This document shows positions 1 to 13,566 of a stretch of 64,000 bases of DNA, piece by piece (position 1 is the first letter of the stretch; every line of letters begins with the position of its first letter). The translations under genes and the position numbers were made by a program. The notes beneath the pieces are model-generated. The model saw only the letters and a list, made by a program, of their open reading frames with translations. It did no database searches and was not told the origin of the DNA. Origin of the DNA: Vicugna vicugna (taxonomy: Eukaryota). Location of the stretch: assembly GCA_013265495.1 (NCBI GenBank), contig MU058836.1:186001-250000 (forward strand). The letters run 5' to 3'.

Positions 1-199
1 AATTTCTCGCGCTTTCTCTGAAGGCTTCTTAATGGCCTTGGAGAAATAATGCATTTCAGATCTGCACCAGGAGACAAAAGAGCGGGTGCTGGGGGAAGCA
101 TATGACTTGGTCATTAGACGCCACTGTCCTGGGGTTAGGAGTACTAGCATTGGAAAGTGGAGATGTCTGTTTTCATTTCACCATGTATATTATTATTAT

Positions 200-830
200 T
201 AATTCATTAATTAGCAGACACTCATTGGGAACCTATGAGGTGCCAGATCCGGTGAATGGGATGGGAATGTTCACCAATTAATAAGACATGATCCGGCTAT
301 GATTTTACGGTCTAGTGGGGATGGGATGTAGGGAGATTGATACATAAAAATATAATTTCAAGGCACTGGGATAAATAGCATATTAGAGGAAAGAATGCAA
401 TGCTGGGGTAGCAAGAAGGAAGGATAATTAATTTTTCTGGTGGAGAATAAACAGCCTTTGCATAAAAGGTGAAACGATTTTCTTTAAAAAAAAAAAAAAG
501 AGTGAGGGGGGTAGAAATAAAGAGCATTCCAAGAGAGAGCATAGAGAAAATGACATCGACAAGACATGGAGGTGTGAAAGAGGATGATACATGTGGGAAA
601 TCACAAGCAGATTTCTAGGGGCCTCACAGGGTACAGGGATTGGGATGGGGTACGAAATAGCAGGAAACGAGGCCAGAGCGTGAGGAGGGCTTAAATACAA
701 GGCCACTGGGCATGTAGACATTGTCCCAAAGTCCTAGGGAGGCATCACTGACACATTCTCTCAAGTTGAGAAATCTGGTCTTTTATTTCTACAAACTCAT
801 TCAAACTGGGTGAAGAATAAATACGGCCCT
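200..830 (-). mobile_element. L2 LINE 3' fragment
   Basis: aattcattaattagcagacactcattgggaacctatgaggtgccag resembles the reverse complement of the L2 3' tail; purine-rich L2 body follows. Confidence 0.7.
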
Positions 831-1559
831 TTTAAAACATCTTTCTGAAAGAATACATTGAAGGCAATGTAAAATCACACATGGTGTATACGTGCATTTT
901 TCGTATACATCTCTCTACATCCACATATGGATACACATGACGCAGTGGTGCCTGTAATACACATGTGTATGTGCTTTAGATACATACCTATCCTCTCTTT
1001 ACCTTCTACCATAGGCTTGACAAAGCTCTCCTGTGACCTTTTAAATAGTCATCGAGTTCAACCACGATGAATTAATGGGTATCATTTTTACCGTTCCACT
1101 GTAAACAATGCTAAAATAGGACTAATATTTGAAGCAACTGTTTTCAGGCATTGCACAGCAAAGAGTACAGAGCTCCGATCTTGAGAGCAGGAAAATACAT
1201 AAGGTGAACTCCCCATTCATCCTAGGTTTTCTGCATGGAAGTATTTTTTTAAACTTCTGCCCACAGAAGTGGGGCCAAGCGGAAAGCATCAGTCTCCCTA
1301 GGCAACGGGAAACAGAGAATTCAGGGATGTTATGGCAGCTAGAATTTGCAAGGCAAGGTTCTAAAAAAACAAGGGAACTGTGCAGAGAAGGACCTCTGGA
1401 AATTTTCACTGAGTCTTATGTCTTCTGTGAAATGGGACAAGAAAAAAAAATTTAATAGGTATTAATAAAAATTCTGTAGATAAATTCAAATGGAGTTGTA
1501 AAAAAAAAAAAAAGGTACAAATGATTTGTCCCATGCTTCCTCCTATTAAGTGACTTTTC

Positions 1560-1790
1560 AAATTCAACTTTCTCAAATGCCTCTTGCCAGAGCTGGATAG
1601 TCCCTTTTCTTAATACCTCAAAGCACTTTTTTATACCCTTTCCTCCCAGCCCAAGAATGCTGCATTGTGGTTATTCATGCAAATGTTCGTGTTCCACGCT
1701 ATCTGTGGGCTCCTTCAACTCTGTACTCCCTAGAGCTCAGTGGTTAGAACAAATGAATGATGGATAAATGGATGGAGCGAAGGATGAAAA
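1560..1790 (+). mobile_element. L2 3' fragment
   Basis: Pyrimidine-rich body ending in aatgaatgatggataaatggatgg L2-type tail. Confidence 0.55.
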
Positions 1791-2214
1791 AAATTTCTGC
1801 CCACTCTTGCTAAAATGGTCAGAACCCTAAAGAGAAAAAAAAAAAAAAAAAAATACAAGAAAGGCAGATCTACATTCCTCTCCAAAAGAGGGAGCAATAG
1901 AGTTGTCACCTGGATAGTGCTCAGTATTGGCAAACACAGGAAGTTCAGATTATGGCCAGATGAATCCTTAGCTTGCTGGATGTATTTTTCTTTAAAGAAT
2001 TTATGAAATTGCCTAGAGTATATGATAAACTGTTTTTATTTTATATACATTTTATGTTTAGCATTCCACACTCATATAAAAATATACAAAAACTTTCCTT
2101 CCGCGCTATGGATACCGTGCTGAGATTCCGCTGCTAAACCGACTACTTTTTAATTAAGTCAGTCTGGCTGTCATCATCTTACTGAGCGATTTCTTTCCCA
2201 GTTTTCTCCTGAAC

Positions 2215-2950
2215 ACTTATCATCAAATTTTCAAACACACAGAGAAATTGAAAGAATTGTACAATGAGCACTAACATACCCACCATCTAGACTCAAAAAT
2301 TACTCACATCTTGCCATATTTATTTTATATCTCAATCTATATACATATATGTATTTATATTTTCCGCTGAAAGTAGGTTATAGACATTATGACACTTTAC
2401 CCCTAAACATGCCAACCTGTGTATTCCTAAAAATAAAAGCCTTAGTCTGTGTAACCTCAATACCGTCATTTCAACCAGAAAATTAATAACCATCATCTAA
2501 TGACTAGTCCCACATTCCAAATTTTCCAAACTGATCCCTAATTATATTTTATGGATTTTTTTCAAACTAGGATCCATGAGGACTCATACATTTTGTTCAG
2601 TTGCTACGTTGCTTCTGTCTCTCTTACTCTCCAAAAATCCCCCACGCAAACTTTTTTTTCATGATACACTTTTCAAAGATACTGTGTCAGTTTCCATGAA
2701 ACTATCCACATCCTGAGTTTGTCTCCTAGTGTCTTTCTGGTGTCGCTGAACTGCTTCCTCAATTACCTGGGTTTCCTCTAACCTAGAAGTCAAGACTAGG
2801 AACTTGATTAGATTCACGTTAAATATGGCTTCGTGCAAGAAGATGTTGATGGAGACACTGAGGATTCCTTACTCCTTCAGAAAGCACATCATGTCAGGCT
2901 GCTCTGTGATTAGTGATGCCAAATTTGATCGCTCCTTTGTAAAGCTCAGA
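2215..2950 (-). mobile_element. Old L1 (L1MC-type) 3' end
   Basis: ttttcaaacacacagagaaattgaaagaattgtacaatgagcactaacatacccaccatctagactc resembles the antisense L1MC4/5 3' UTR. Confidence 0.7.
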
Positions 2951-2984
2951 TTTTCCCTTTGCAACGAGCAATTAATCTCAACGT

Positions 2985-3135
2985 GAGCATTTACTAGAAG
3001 CTATCATCTGTGTATGCCTACATGCCGGGCACCATGCTAATTTTCTCAGTCTCATAACAATCTCATAAGGTAAAGATAATTCTCTCCATTTAAAGATGAA
3101 GAAACCAAGACTGATAGGTTGACACTTTGTGCAAG
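2985..3135 (-). mobile_element. MIR SINE
   Basis: ctctccatttaaagatgaagaaaccaagact = antisense MIR core. Confidence 0.65.
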
Positions 3136-3959
3136 AAGAGAATCTCTTCCTAACTACATCCCTGACAACACTGATGGATGTACCGGAATGGGGTGGGCAA
3201 CTGTTTCTGGTTCTTTATCTATTTCTTTGGGTTTGCCAACTAATAATCATGGTTAGATTAAAAATAATAATAATCTTTTCCCAAAATCAGTAGTGGAAGC
3301 TTTATGGCTGAAAAATCTTTCAAAATAACTTAACATTTTTAATTTATTAAAGAATTTTCTAGTTTTATTAAAATTCTAAGCAAACTTAAATATGATTGTT
3401 TTTGAACAATCTAACCAGCGGAAATTAACTTTTTATTTTACATCTTTACTAATATTAAATCATAATTTCGGAAACCTGTTTTCCCACTTGAATTTGGTGG
3501 ACAAGGGAGCAGGAACATAGGGGATAAGCCCTTTCCCTCACAGCTAGGAGAACTGTAAGGACAACAGGTAAATCTCCCTCAGGTTTTATTGATGCCAAAA
3601 GGATTTCACTGCTGCTGTTACATAAGCATGCTCCATTCTCTTCCATCTTTGGGGGGAAGAGAAAATATTCAAACTTTTAGAGACGACCTTTCTTGCACTT
3701 TGCCCTCACATGGACTCTTTCTCCAAAAAGCAGTTCCAGGAATTGTAGCCTCCAAGCCAAGAACACCTGGGGTCCTGGCAGAATGCATGGGGTAGGAGAC
3801 AGAGGAGGTGTAAGGGGCAAATGCTGGCTGAAAAAGGGGTAACTGCTATCATGTGGGAATTTACATGCTTCATTTAAATTTAATAAAGGTCCTTATACCC
3901 AGGTTGGAAAATACCAGAAGAGTCTACCCTCCTGGTCTGCACCTCATCCTTAATTCCCT

Positions 3960-5090
3960 ATAGTCTGGCTTCTGTCACATCAACTTCACTTAAAAGTGTT
4001 GAGTCCTTCTATGACTTGCCTCCTTTGTAGCGTTTAATCAGACTGCACACTTCCTTCTCGACCCTCTCTCTTCCCTTACGTTACATTACCTTCCACCCCG
4101 TGGCCTTCCTCCTGTTTCTCTGATCATTCCTTTGTATCTCTTTTGCCAGGATTCTCCTCCTCTGCCCCTACAGCACACACTGGCAATCCCCTAGGGTCAC
4201 GTCCTTGGCCATCTTCTCAATTTGCTTGCTCTTTCTGAATGATCTCACCACCCCTGTGGCTTCAACCATGGCTTGTGCTTGGATGAGTCCCAACTCTGAC
4301 TAGGGGATACAAATCCCACATCTCTCTCCTGGGCAACAGACTCATATGCATGACTTCCTGTGACACAGCGTCACTGGACGTCCCCAGGGAAGCTCAGCGG
4401 ACCCCGATCTAAACTTAGCATGTTCCCCTCTTCCATCCCCCAACCTGCTCATCCTCCTTTATGCCTCATGTGTGAATGCACCCCCCTCTCAGACTCTTCC
4501 AAGCCAGAAATGAGGGATCCATCCTTCACTTCTATACTCCCTCCTGACCCCACATCCTGTAAATCATCAAGTCCCATGCAACTATTACTTAAATTTTTTT
4601 TGTCCTTTTCCTTCTTTTCTTACTCATAACCTCTTGCCCTATTCCATTTGGGGGCTGGATTTCTGCAAGTTTTCTAACTGATTTTTCTATCCCAATCTCC
4701 GTCCCTTCCCCCATACCCAATACTCTGTCTTCTATGGCCAGGGTATCTACCTGAACTACAAATCTGATTATGTTATTCCCCTATTTAAAACATTTCATGG
4801 ACCTCTTCTTGCCCTTGGATAAGGTTTGAATTCTTTAACATAGCATAAAAGGCCCTTCATGACCCAGATACTTCCTCCTTGTCTAGTGTCATGTCTCAGC
4901 ACTGCTTCTTTTAATCACACTGAAACACATATTCTTGCAATAGAGAATGCCGTCTTTTTTGTTCCTACACTTTGCCCATACCCCTCACTTTTACTGAAGT
5001 GTCCTTCCCAACCTTTCATGGCTAACTCACACATGTCCTTCAAGACTAAGCTCAGACGTCATCATATCCAAGGAGCTTAGCAGGTCATTT
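3960..5090 (+). mobile_element. L2 LINE fragment
   Basis: L2 motifs: aaatctgattatgttattcccctatttaaaacatttcatggacctc; ccttcaagactaagctcagacgtcatc. Confidence 0.75.
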
Positions 5091-5679
5091 GTTTTGGCCA
5101 TTGTCCCATCTACAGATTTATGATGCCAAGTAATTAGACATTCTGCCTATCTTTAGCAATAATTGATTGGCCTTAAAATGTTGGGTCCTTATATTACATG
5201 TGTTTACTTAGTGTGTACAAAGAAATTTTGACTCTCTCCTCATTAGCACTTTACTACTTGTTGGTAACAGAGTCCAGCTTTCAACCCAACAGGCCTAGCT
5301 GAGCCCTGAAACCATGTTAACTCTTGCCTACACATATCTATGGAAAGCAAAGTGATGCCTACATTTCTAAACCATTTGTCCAGGAAAAACCAACACATAC
5401 AGCTATAAAGGTTGCGCACTGCAAACATTCACAACAGAACCTATGTTCCAACACCCTTCTCCGGGACAAATGATCACCTGAATCCAGAATGCTACCATAG
5501 AATAACTTATGCTCCAACCACATCCGGCAGATTGGGCCACCTTGCATGGTGAGATTACACAGTTTTAGCCTTTGTTGGCATTTCTCTAGTGAATTACATT
5601 TTGGTTAGATCATTAGATAGTCCTCTCAGGGATGATCCCTTTGGTCAGCAAGAGGTGGAGATGCATGCGGGGGGAAAAA

Positions 5680-5890
5680 AAACTTGCATTTGGGAATCGG
5701 CCAGATTCCCAGCCAGATTCTGGGTTTGAATTTTTTGCTTTGCCCATTGCATAGCCCTAAGAAAGCTCTTCAATCTCTTTGACCCTCATTTTCCTTCTTC
5801 ATTGGACAGTGACACTTAACTTACAGGGAGAGCATAGCACTAAGTTAATATACGTAGACCACCAAGCACTGATCCTGCTCAGTTTATGTC
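5680..5890 (+). mobile_element. MIR SINE
   Basis: ctgggtttgaat...caatctctttgaccctcattttcctt degenerate MIR. Confidence 0.6.
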
Positions 5891-6989
5891 CACTTCTTCT
5901 TCCCACCAACCTAAGGGGCTTTGTGGCCCAAGGGGCCATGAATCAAGTGCAACAAGGACACACATCATCTACTGACTAGGCATTTCTGTCTAGGAGCCCA
6001 CTCGTCTAGACACCTGTAATGTTCACAGTATAAAAGAGTAAAAAGGATATTTGTCAAAAACTCTCTAGTTACATACCCTAGGGTCAGAGAAGAGAAGCTT
6101 CCATCAAAATCACTGCCATTTACATTTTTTGGTTTTGCTGGGATTTATTCTTACAACTGCTTACCTGATTATTTACTATTTTTGTTATGTGAATTCTCAA
6201 CAAATATCTCATTTCTCTCTTTTAGTTGCTACTGTGTCTCTCTTTTCTGATGCTGTTATGAGTGTTGGGATCAATTTGTTGGAGAAATGAGGGACTCTAA
6301 AGATTCTCTTGTCTGCAGTAGTTCAAGTTATTTGAAAAAACTCAACACATAGTAGCCCAGGCTAGAGATTTCTGAAGACACATTGTCCACAGGATCAAAG
6401 ATGGCATTTGGGAACAATAAGTAACAACGTTTCTGGGATTACCTCCTCCATTAATTATCCTTGCATAATTGCATGTATTTGTATATTTATGTGTTTAAAT
6501 ATTTTTATGTATGTATGTATGTATTGAGAAAGCTGGTGGTAGGGCTAGAAGCATGTTTCAATAGTAGATGAAATGTGTTTCCTCTGTGGGGAGAATATCT
6601 ATCATTCCTTTGGAATTGTGTTCTAGGTGAATCTTTGGACAATTCACTTGGGAAAACATATCAAGGTTTATAATGGTTAAATTTTCCCAGAGGAGCCTAT
6701 TCCAGTGTCTCCCAGCCCAACCACACTGTCACATGGGAAGACAAAACTGACATACATTAACATCCAAAAGGCTGTGGTCTAGGGAGAAAAAAGAAACCAA
6801 GAGACAAAACTGAGAAGCAAGAAAGTTATGTCGGATTTTTCCAGCAAGTTGGATTGCTTATGTCAACTTCAGCCTTGAGTCCACACTTAGCATGAAGAGA
6901 CAATGAGCTCAGAGGAAAGGAAATGGATTTGCTGGGACGGAGGAAATGAATTGGAATCCCACCCCTAGCACTTTGGCAGGCACTAGGGC

Positions 6990-7360
6990 TGTTTACAAAT
7001 AGTCCAGTTCTCTCTCCTGGGCACATGGTCGGATTGAATTTTCCACCCACTTAAAGTTAGCTGTGGTCTAAGTTTGGCCAATGAAACATGAGCACAAGTC
7101 AGGTGAGTCACTTCTGAATGGCAGATTTAAGAGTTGGTGAATTCTCTTTTCCTGTTGCCGTGGTGATGGCCAATGCACCAATCATAGCTGCCCTGTCAGT
7201 CTGCGTCACAGAGTAAGACCATGATGAGGCAGAGCTGGCCTCCTGGTGGACCCTCAATTCCACACTTAGCATGAGAAGGAAAACCTTTATTATTTGATGT
7301 CCCACAGATTTGGGGGTTATTTGTTACTGCCCGGTAATCCAGTCTACCCAGACTGATGCA
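6990..7360 (+). mobile_element. MaLR solo LTR (MLT1, I/J-like)
   Basis: tttggccaatgaaacatgagcacaagt...gatttgggggttatttgttactgc...gactgatgca, typical MLT1 3' end. Confidence 0.75.
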
Positions 7361-7369
7361 AGTCCTCTC

Positions 7370-7530
7370 TGTAGATTATTGAACAAAACTCCTGCTTCTT
7401 TCAGCATCAAGTTTCTCATCTCTAAAATGGAGATAACTATAATAATAGCTAATCTCATCAACTCTTCCAAGGATCTAAAATTAGCACATCAACAGTAAAT
7501 CCTTTTAACAATGGCAAGCGTTATCCTTGC
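7370..7530 (+). mobile_element. MIR SINE
   Basis: agtttctcatctctaaaatggagataactataataatagc MIR core. Confidence 0.65.
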
Positions 7531-8899
7531 CAGAGTACCCATTACTAAGGATAGAGGAATTTGCCTTCCCAGCATGACTTTAGAACACATTTCTTTCAAG
7601 GTTTGTCCTTGGATTAAGGAGAGCAGTCTCAAAAATCACAAAAATCTCCAATGAACTTAATCACCAGACTTTCATTAACAATCAGACTTCACCGCTTAAA
7701 CATTGCCTAATACAATCAGAGGCTTAAAAAAAAATTATGGTTGAAAGGGTCCAGATCCAAGAGATTTGCATCCCATTGGCCGCCTGGCTAGGAGCTGACA
7801 GAGCAGCACAATGTCCCACGAAACTGTCTTTCTGTTCCCCGACCAGAGAGGATATCCTTTGACCTGCTAGAGCTCTGTGATGGCACGTTGAGTATTGAAG
7901 TACGCCCCACCAGTGACTCAGGGCATGACCAGGAAGCCTGAGCCTTCCGTGTTGCACAACAAACCATTCCTCTTTACCCCTCCCTACTCTTGGCTTTACT
8001 TCTTTACATTAAAGTTGTCTGCCTGTGACCCTTAGCGGCCTGCAAATTCCCAGCTCATCCTCTGTCCCTGGGAGCAGTTCCTGCTACATACATTAGCTTT
8101 ATTGGATGGTCACCAGATCGAACTTGAAGCATTCCTCATAAATAGGAACTCAACTGTATCCCCAAACTCTTGTACCATTAAAACAGTCTTCTTTCTTCTT
8201 TTTCTTACCAGAGCAGAGCTCTTTGGGACTCTTCTCCCCTGCTTCAACTCCCACCCCCTGAAATCAAACAGATTACTCCTGCATCCTCTCCTATGGAGAT
8301 TAGAAAGGCAATCACCATGTTGACCTTTAATCTTCAACTCTCTCGTGGACTCTGATGTCTAGATTCTTTATCATTTTTGTCAGACTCAGACTCTCGTTTT
8401 CATTGTCCCTTTTAAAATATGGTGCACAGACCTATTCTGTCAAGTAGAATGTAATTGCCTTGGTGGCAGAAATAGCATCCATCATGGTAATGGTTGAGTC
8501 TTCCCCACCTAATGAAGTTTCAAGCTCATTATGGGGGCTCCATAAATATGGCTGAATAAATGCATGAGTATAAACGGTACCCCCAGCCATGGTCTCTACC
8601 AGTTCATCTGAGACTGCATCTTTTTATCATGACCACAGACTTCCTCTGTTCCCCCAGTTCTCACTGCCACTTCCCTTCCTGTGTGCCCCCACACAGGAAG
8701 ACATCTGACTGCTCTCTGGGTCTTATCAGAGCAGTAGACTCTGTACATGGAGCTACGCTCAGGCTCATTTTCCTGAGCACTTGGTGCGGCCGCTCCGCTG
8801 GACTTGGCCCCGCCGCAGTACCCCAGGACCTGTCTCAGAACATGCCCCTCCTTGGGCCACCAGCTGGGAAGGAGGGCCTTACCCCAGCCTAGAAACTTT

Positions 8900-9500
8900 G
8901 ATGAGATCTGTTCCTGCTTCCTCCAGGCTCACCTCATGTCACCACCACCCAGCTCCACCCTGCCTCTGGACTTCAATCTCCTGGTTGCCTGAAGATACCA
9001 TGTTTCTTTCTGCCTCAAGGCCTTTGCACATGCTGTTTCCTCTGCCCTGAAGGTTCTCTTTCTACCCTTTCACTCTCCTTCATCTAGTTAACCCTCCACT
9101 CACCTGCACTCAAACATCATCTCCTCGGAGGGGTCGTTCCTGACTCCCAGACTAGAATTGGGTGTTATTTGGTTTTCCCAGCATCACAACTCTTTCCCTC
9201 AGTGAATGAATGATAATTTGTAATGACCTGTTTACTTACGTCCATTTCTAAGTTTCATAAGGGCAGGGCAGAGGCCTTATTTATTTTGATCACTGCTGTG
9301 TCCCAGTGTCTAAAATAGCACCAAACACACAGTAGGCCCTCAAGAACTATTTGTTGAAAGAATGAGTCAGCATTTTTCTCCTTCACTAAACTCAAAAATT
9401 CCATGAGGACATACAGCGTTATTTTTGTAGATCACTGTATGCCTAAGGACCTAAACAGAAGCAGGCACAAACTACGTACTCAACAACAGTGAATAAATAA
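8900..9500 (+). mobile_element. L2 3' fragment(s)
   Basis: gcctcaaggcctttgcacatgctgtttcctctgcc and tail cacagtaggccctcaagaactatttgttgaaagaatga. Confidence 0.8.
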
Positions 9501-10649
9501 GGAAGAAAAACAAGACAAAGAGGGGGAACAGGAGGCAGAGACGAAACTAGCAACAGGGTCCCCTTTACCCTCCAAAGTGTGTCAGTTTGGCCAATAAATT
9601 ATATGGTCATCATAGTTATGTCTCATAATGTTTCAATGATTTTTTTTAGGTCATAAAGCAAGGGATGTAAGAGAGATTAGGACTTGGAAGTTTGCCATGA
9701 CTCTAGAGAAGTCACAAGGCAGTCAGAGAGCCGGATAAGACAGTTCAAACTCTGGTGGTTCCAGAGGCGTCTCGAGGAGTCTCAGGGGTGCCCTGAGTCC
9801 CCAGTGGGCTCCATCTGTCCAAGTGCTTGTGGGAGGCTCAGAGCTGGGCTTACTTTCTTTGTTACATTAGTGGAAAAATCAAAATATCACCTAAACATTT
9901 CCCTACCCCATCACACACATACTTAGACACGTTCTTACACACAAACACGGAGTTCGTTAGTGATGGGCGAAAGCAGAGAACAGAAGTATGTGATTTTTAT
10001 AGTTTCTCAAATCTCCAAAATTCAGGGCTTCTGACTTCAAACTTCCCATCTCGTTCATAGTCCCCAGGTGGAACCTGATGGAAGTCTTGAAAGAGGTATG
10101 TTTGAGCACAGGTCTAAAGGAGTAAAAGCTACTCTGCTTCATTTCTCTATTTCACCTTACAGCAAAGTTTTCAAAGTTGAAATTCTGTGTTAGTTTGTTA
10201 TCGAGTTTAATAGAAAACAGAGTTAACTTCTAACCTTTAGGTTCTGGAAATCAACATAGGTTTTAGAGTCCAAAATCTATGTCCCAGCATCCAATAAATT
10301 TCTTTTCCAAAACATCTTATCACCCTGAATTTCTCTGTCTATGGATTGTAATGATGGGTTCCAGTAGCTGGGGTGCACAGAGTCACTTAGACCCAACCCT
10401 TCCCACATCCTCATGTGAATTTCTAGGCACACTTAACTGGAGCAGATACTTTCAGTGCACACACACACGCACACACCTTACCAATGTATCTCAGTTTCTT
10501 TGAATATATATATATTCAAATTATACCACAGTGTACATTTCTTATAGGAATGGATGTTGCCACTCTTCATATATGGATATGGTCCAGCAAACATATAGAT
10601 GGACAGAGATAGAGATTTAGGAATATTTGCATATTCATATAGGAATATA

Positions 10650-11165
10650 TCTACTCATTCTTTCCTTTATCCAACAAATACATACTGAATGTCTCTGTGA
10701 GTCACGTGCTGTTCTAGATGCTTGGACTATATCGTGAAACACACCAGACGAGTATCCTTGTCTCTCCTGGAAATTACATTCCAGTGGGGATGGCGGGAGG
10801 AGATTAAAAAGTAAACACAGTACATAAATCATACGATCTATTAGAGGGTAAATGGTACAGTGGACTAAGAGGAGAAATATGGCTGGAGTGGGTGGGTTGC
10901 AACTTGAAACTGAGTGATAGAAGGGTTATGTAGATTTCACTGAGAAGCTGATGTCTGAACAAAGACTTACCGAAAGTGAGAGAACAGTCCATGTAATAGC
11001 TGCTGGGAAGGGTTTTCCAGTTACAACCAGTGTAAAGACCGTGAGGTGAGAATGCACCTGACATCATGGAATAGCAAGGAGTATCTTGAAATACAAGGAT
11101 GGAGGGAGAGAAAATTATAGGGAATATAGTCAGAGAGATGATGGAAACCAGAACCTGTAAAGCAT
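10650..11165 (-). mobile_element. L2 3' fragment
   Basis: tcattctttcctttatccaacaaatacatactgaatg antisense L2 tail plus purine-rich body. Confidence 0.75.
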
Positions 11166-12349
11166 GCAGATATCATACACACGTGTTGTGCGTGCGTGTA
11201 GCGCACACACACAAACATATCTTTTTTTAGTCTTAAATGCGTTTTAGACTTGTGTATATCTTTGCTGTCTAAATATCTGTTATACACATACAGAGAAATA
11301 TAAATAGCATTCATGTATTTGTGGAACACAGCTCACCTGATCACGTCTATATATGCTTTACCTATGATACCAGATGTGCGGTCACGTCCGTAGTGTGCAA
11401 TTGAGTGTACACGTGACTTTATGGATTGTAGTGATGCTGCATATGCATGTGTACATGTGTACTTAAACACTGCACTAATGCCCATGTCCACAAATAGCCA
11501 TGTGCCACCACCAACGACAGGAAAAGTCCCCCAGGTGTTTAATTATGTGAACTGTGTGAATTCGTGGGCTTTCTCTGCAGGCACCTGGCGGAAGACAGGG
11601 ACCTACATCATTCCTCATGACCGTCCTTCCTCACGAGAGAACCCTGCCCCAAGGCAGAAAGGGACAAGCAGACAGGTTTTAAAGACAGTGAGTCTTGAGT
11701 CACAAGACTGAAGAAGACAGCAACACCATGAGCGTCTGTGCAAAACGCAAGGTTCTCTGACATCAATAAAGTATTGACCCAATTCTGGTACCCAGTCATT
11801 TACTGTGGGAATTAGTAAGTGCCAGCCTGTTCTGCTAGAGACCTTTTCCTTCCTTTCTTATTCTTTTTCTTCAACTTGTTGCAGACGAATAAATTGCTGA
11901 GACACATCAATTTTAATTTGAGATTTTATTCTTAAAAAGCTTGGTATATGGGGTGAGATGTAAGGTTGGTTTTTTTTTTTTTCTATTTTCCATACTTGCC
12001 AGAGTTGTAAACCTAAGGCCAAGTTAATTAAAGTCAATGGAGAGTTTTTTTTTTTATTAAACTTTCTCTTTCTATTTCTTTTTCCCTCTCATACAAAGAG
12101 TACAGACTTAGTCCTCAAAATCAAAAAACACTGTAGAGCAAAGAAACGGAATAACCTGGCTCCCAAGATGATTTACAAACTCCAACACAGGATTTCAGAG
12201 CTGGCTAGGATTTCAGAGGTGGCTAAACTGGCAAGATGTTGAGAAACTCGGTCAGCTAAGGACAGACAGACCCAGCTGTGCGCCAGCTGAAGTCTGTGAG
12301 GCCAAACTCCCAGGTACATTTGGCTCCTAAAAGCTATGTTGGTTTCTGC

Positions 12350-13000
12350 GTGGTGCAAACATCTGGACCATTGCAACAGCCTCCTAATTTTTATTCCCAC
12401 TTTTGGTCTATTCCTTCCAATCCGTTTTCCATCCAGGAGCTAAATGCATCTTCCCAAGGCACAGTTCTGATGATATCATTTATAGGCTTAACACTTTTTA
12501 GTGGCTTCCTCTAACCAAGTATCTGAAAACTGCAGCCCGTAGGATAAACCCAGACCACCGCCTATTTTGGTCAATTAAGTCTGATTGGAACATAGCCATG
12601 CTCTTTTGTCTGTGTATCATCTACGGCTGCCTTCACACCACAACCCCAGAGAAGAATAGCTGTGGTAGAGACCATATCTCCTTCGCAGGCTAAAACATTT
12701 ACTGTTTTATTAAGTTTTTTTAAAAAAGGGTTTTCTGATCCCTGCTTTAACCCATCAAATGAGAACCATGATCTCAGTCTAGCATTTAAGACCTTCCAAG
12801 CAATTACCCCAAGTTGGCCTTCCACTTTAATTACTATTCCCCCTTTTAACATAGCCCATGTTGGAGTCATTAGGGACCACTCGGTGCTTCCCAAACACTC
12901 AGGGGCGGAGTTAGATTGCTCCATGTCCATTTCCACTTTTTCTGGTTACAGCATTTGAGTTTTCCTTGGAAAACGGCTCTTCTTCAGCTCTTAGTCTTTG
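12350..13000 (+). mobile_element. L2 fragment interrupted by MER58A
   Basis: atctggaccattgcaacagcctcctaat and ctagcatttaagaccttcc L2 motifs on either side of the insert. Confidence 0.6.
12516..12744 (+). mobile_element. MER58A-like hAT-Charlie MITE
   Basis: Internal attggaacatagccatgc...gctaaaacatttact; ends ...gatccctg; candidate 8-bp TSD ctctaacc / ctttaacc. Confidence 0.8.
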
Positions 13001-13234
13001 TGGTTCTCGGAGGGTAATCTCACCCCCAGCCCCAGTAAAGAATAATGACAAGACCTTGCAATTAGAGTATTCTATTCTTTCTATAATAATTGATTCTGAA
13101 ATCTGCATGTGGCTGAAGCTATACCAATGGGGTATAATACTGGTGTATAATTATTTCTCAAACTATTGAGAAAGAAAAACTTTTTTTTTTCCCCCACCAG
13201 GGCTCTTGAGTCTGTCAACTGTAACTAATACTGG

Positions 13235-13455
13235 GTAGGAGATGACTTGAGAATGAAGTCAATACAGAGAGAAGCAGAGCCAAGAAATGGAGAATTTGGT
13301 CCCAGTGGTGTATTTTAGGCACCTGGTTCAAACTATACCTGAAGCTAGATCCTAAAATACTTTTCATTTACAGAAAACAATAAGGTCTCTTTTTGGTCTT
13401 GAGAAGTTTGAATAGGTTTCTATCACTTGTAATCCAAATAGCACTGCTATAAACA
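13235..13455 (+). mobile_element. MaLR LTR fragment (MLT1K/L-like)
   Basis: gagaatgaagtcaatacagagagaagcagagccaaga...ggtttctatcacttgtaatccaaa. Confidence 0.6.
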
Positions 13456-13566
13456 CTCCTCCTGTTCCCTAACTATATATCATTGCTCTGTCTCCTCCCT
13501 CTATTTTAAATGCCTTCTTCCCAGTTCTCCCTGACCACATTTTATCTTGCTTTAAAGACCTAGCTC

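Noticed and set aside
2100..2130. REST/RE1-like motif on the minus strand
   Set aside because: Both half-sites and the spacing deviate from the consensus
5384..5480. GKTNTYSYKGC resembles a Ly6/uPAR (PINLYP-like) exon start
   Set aside because: In-frame stop, no downstream CC..D.CN pattern and no companion exons
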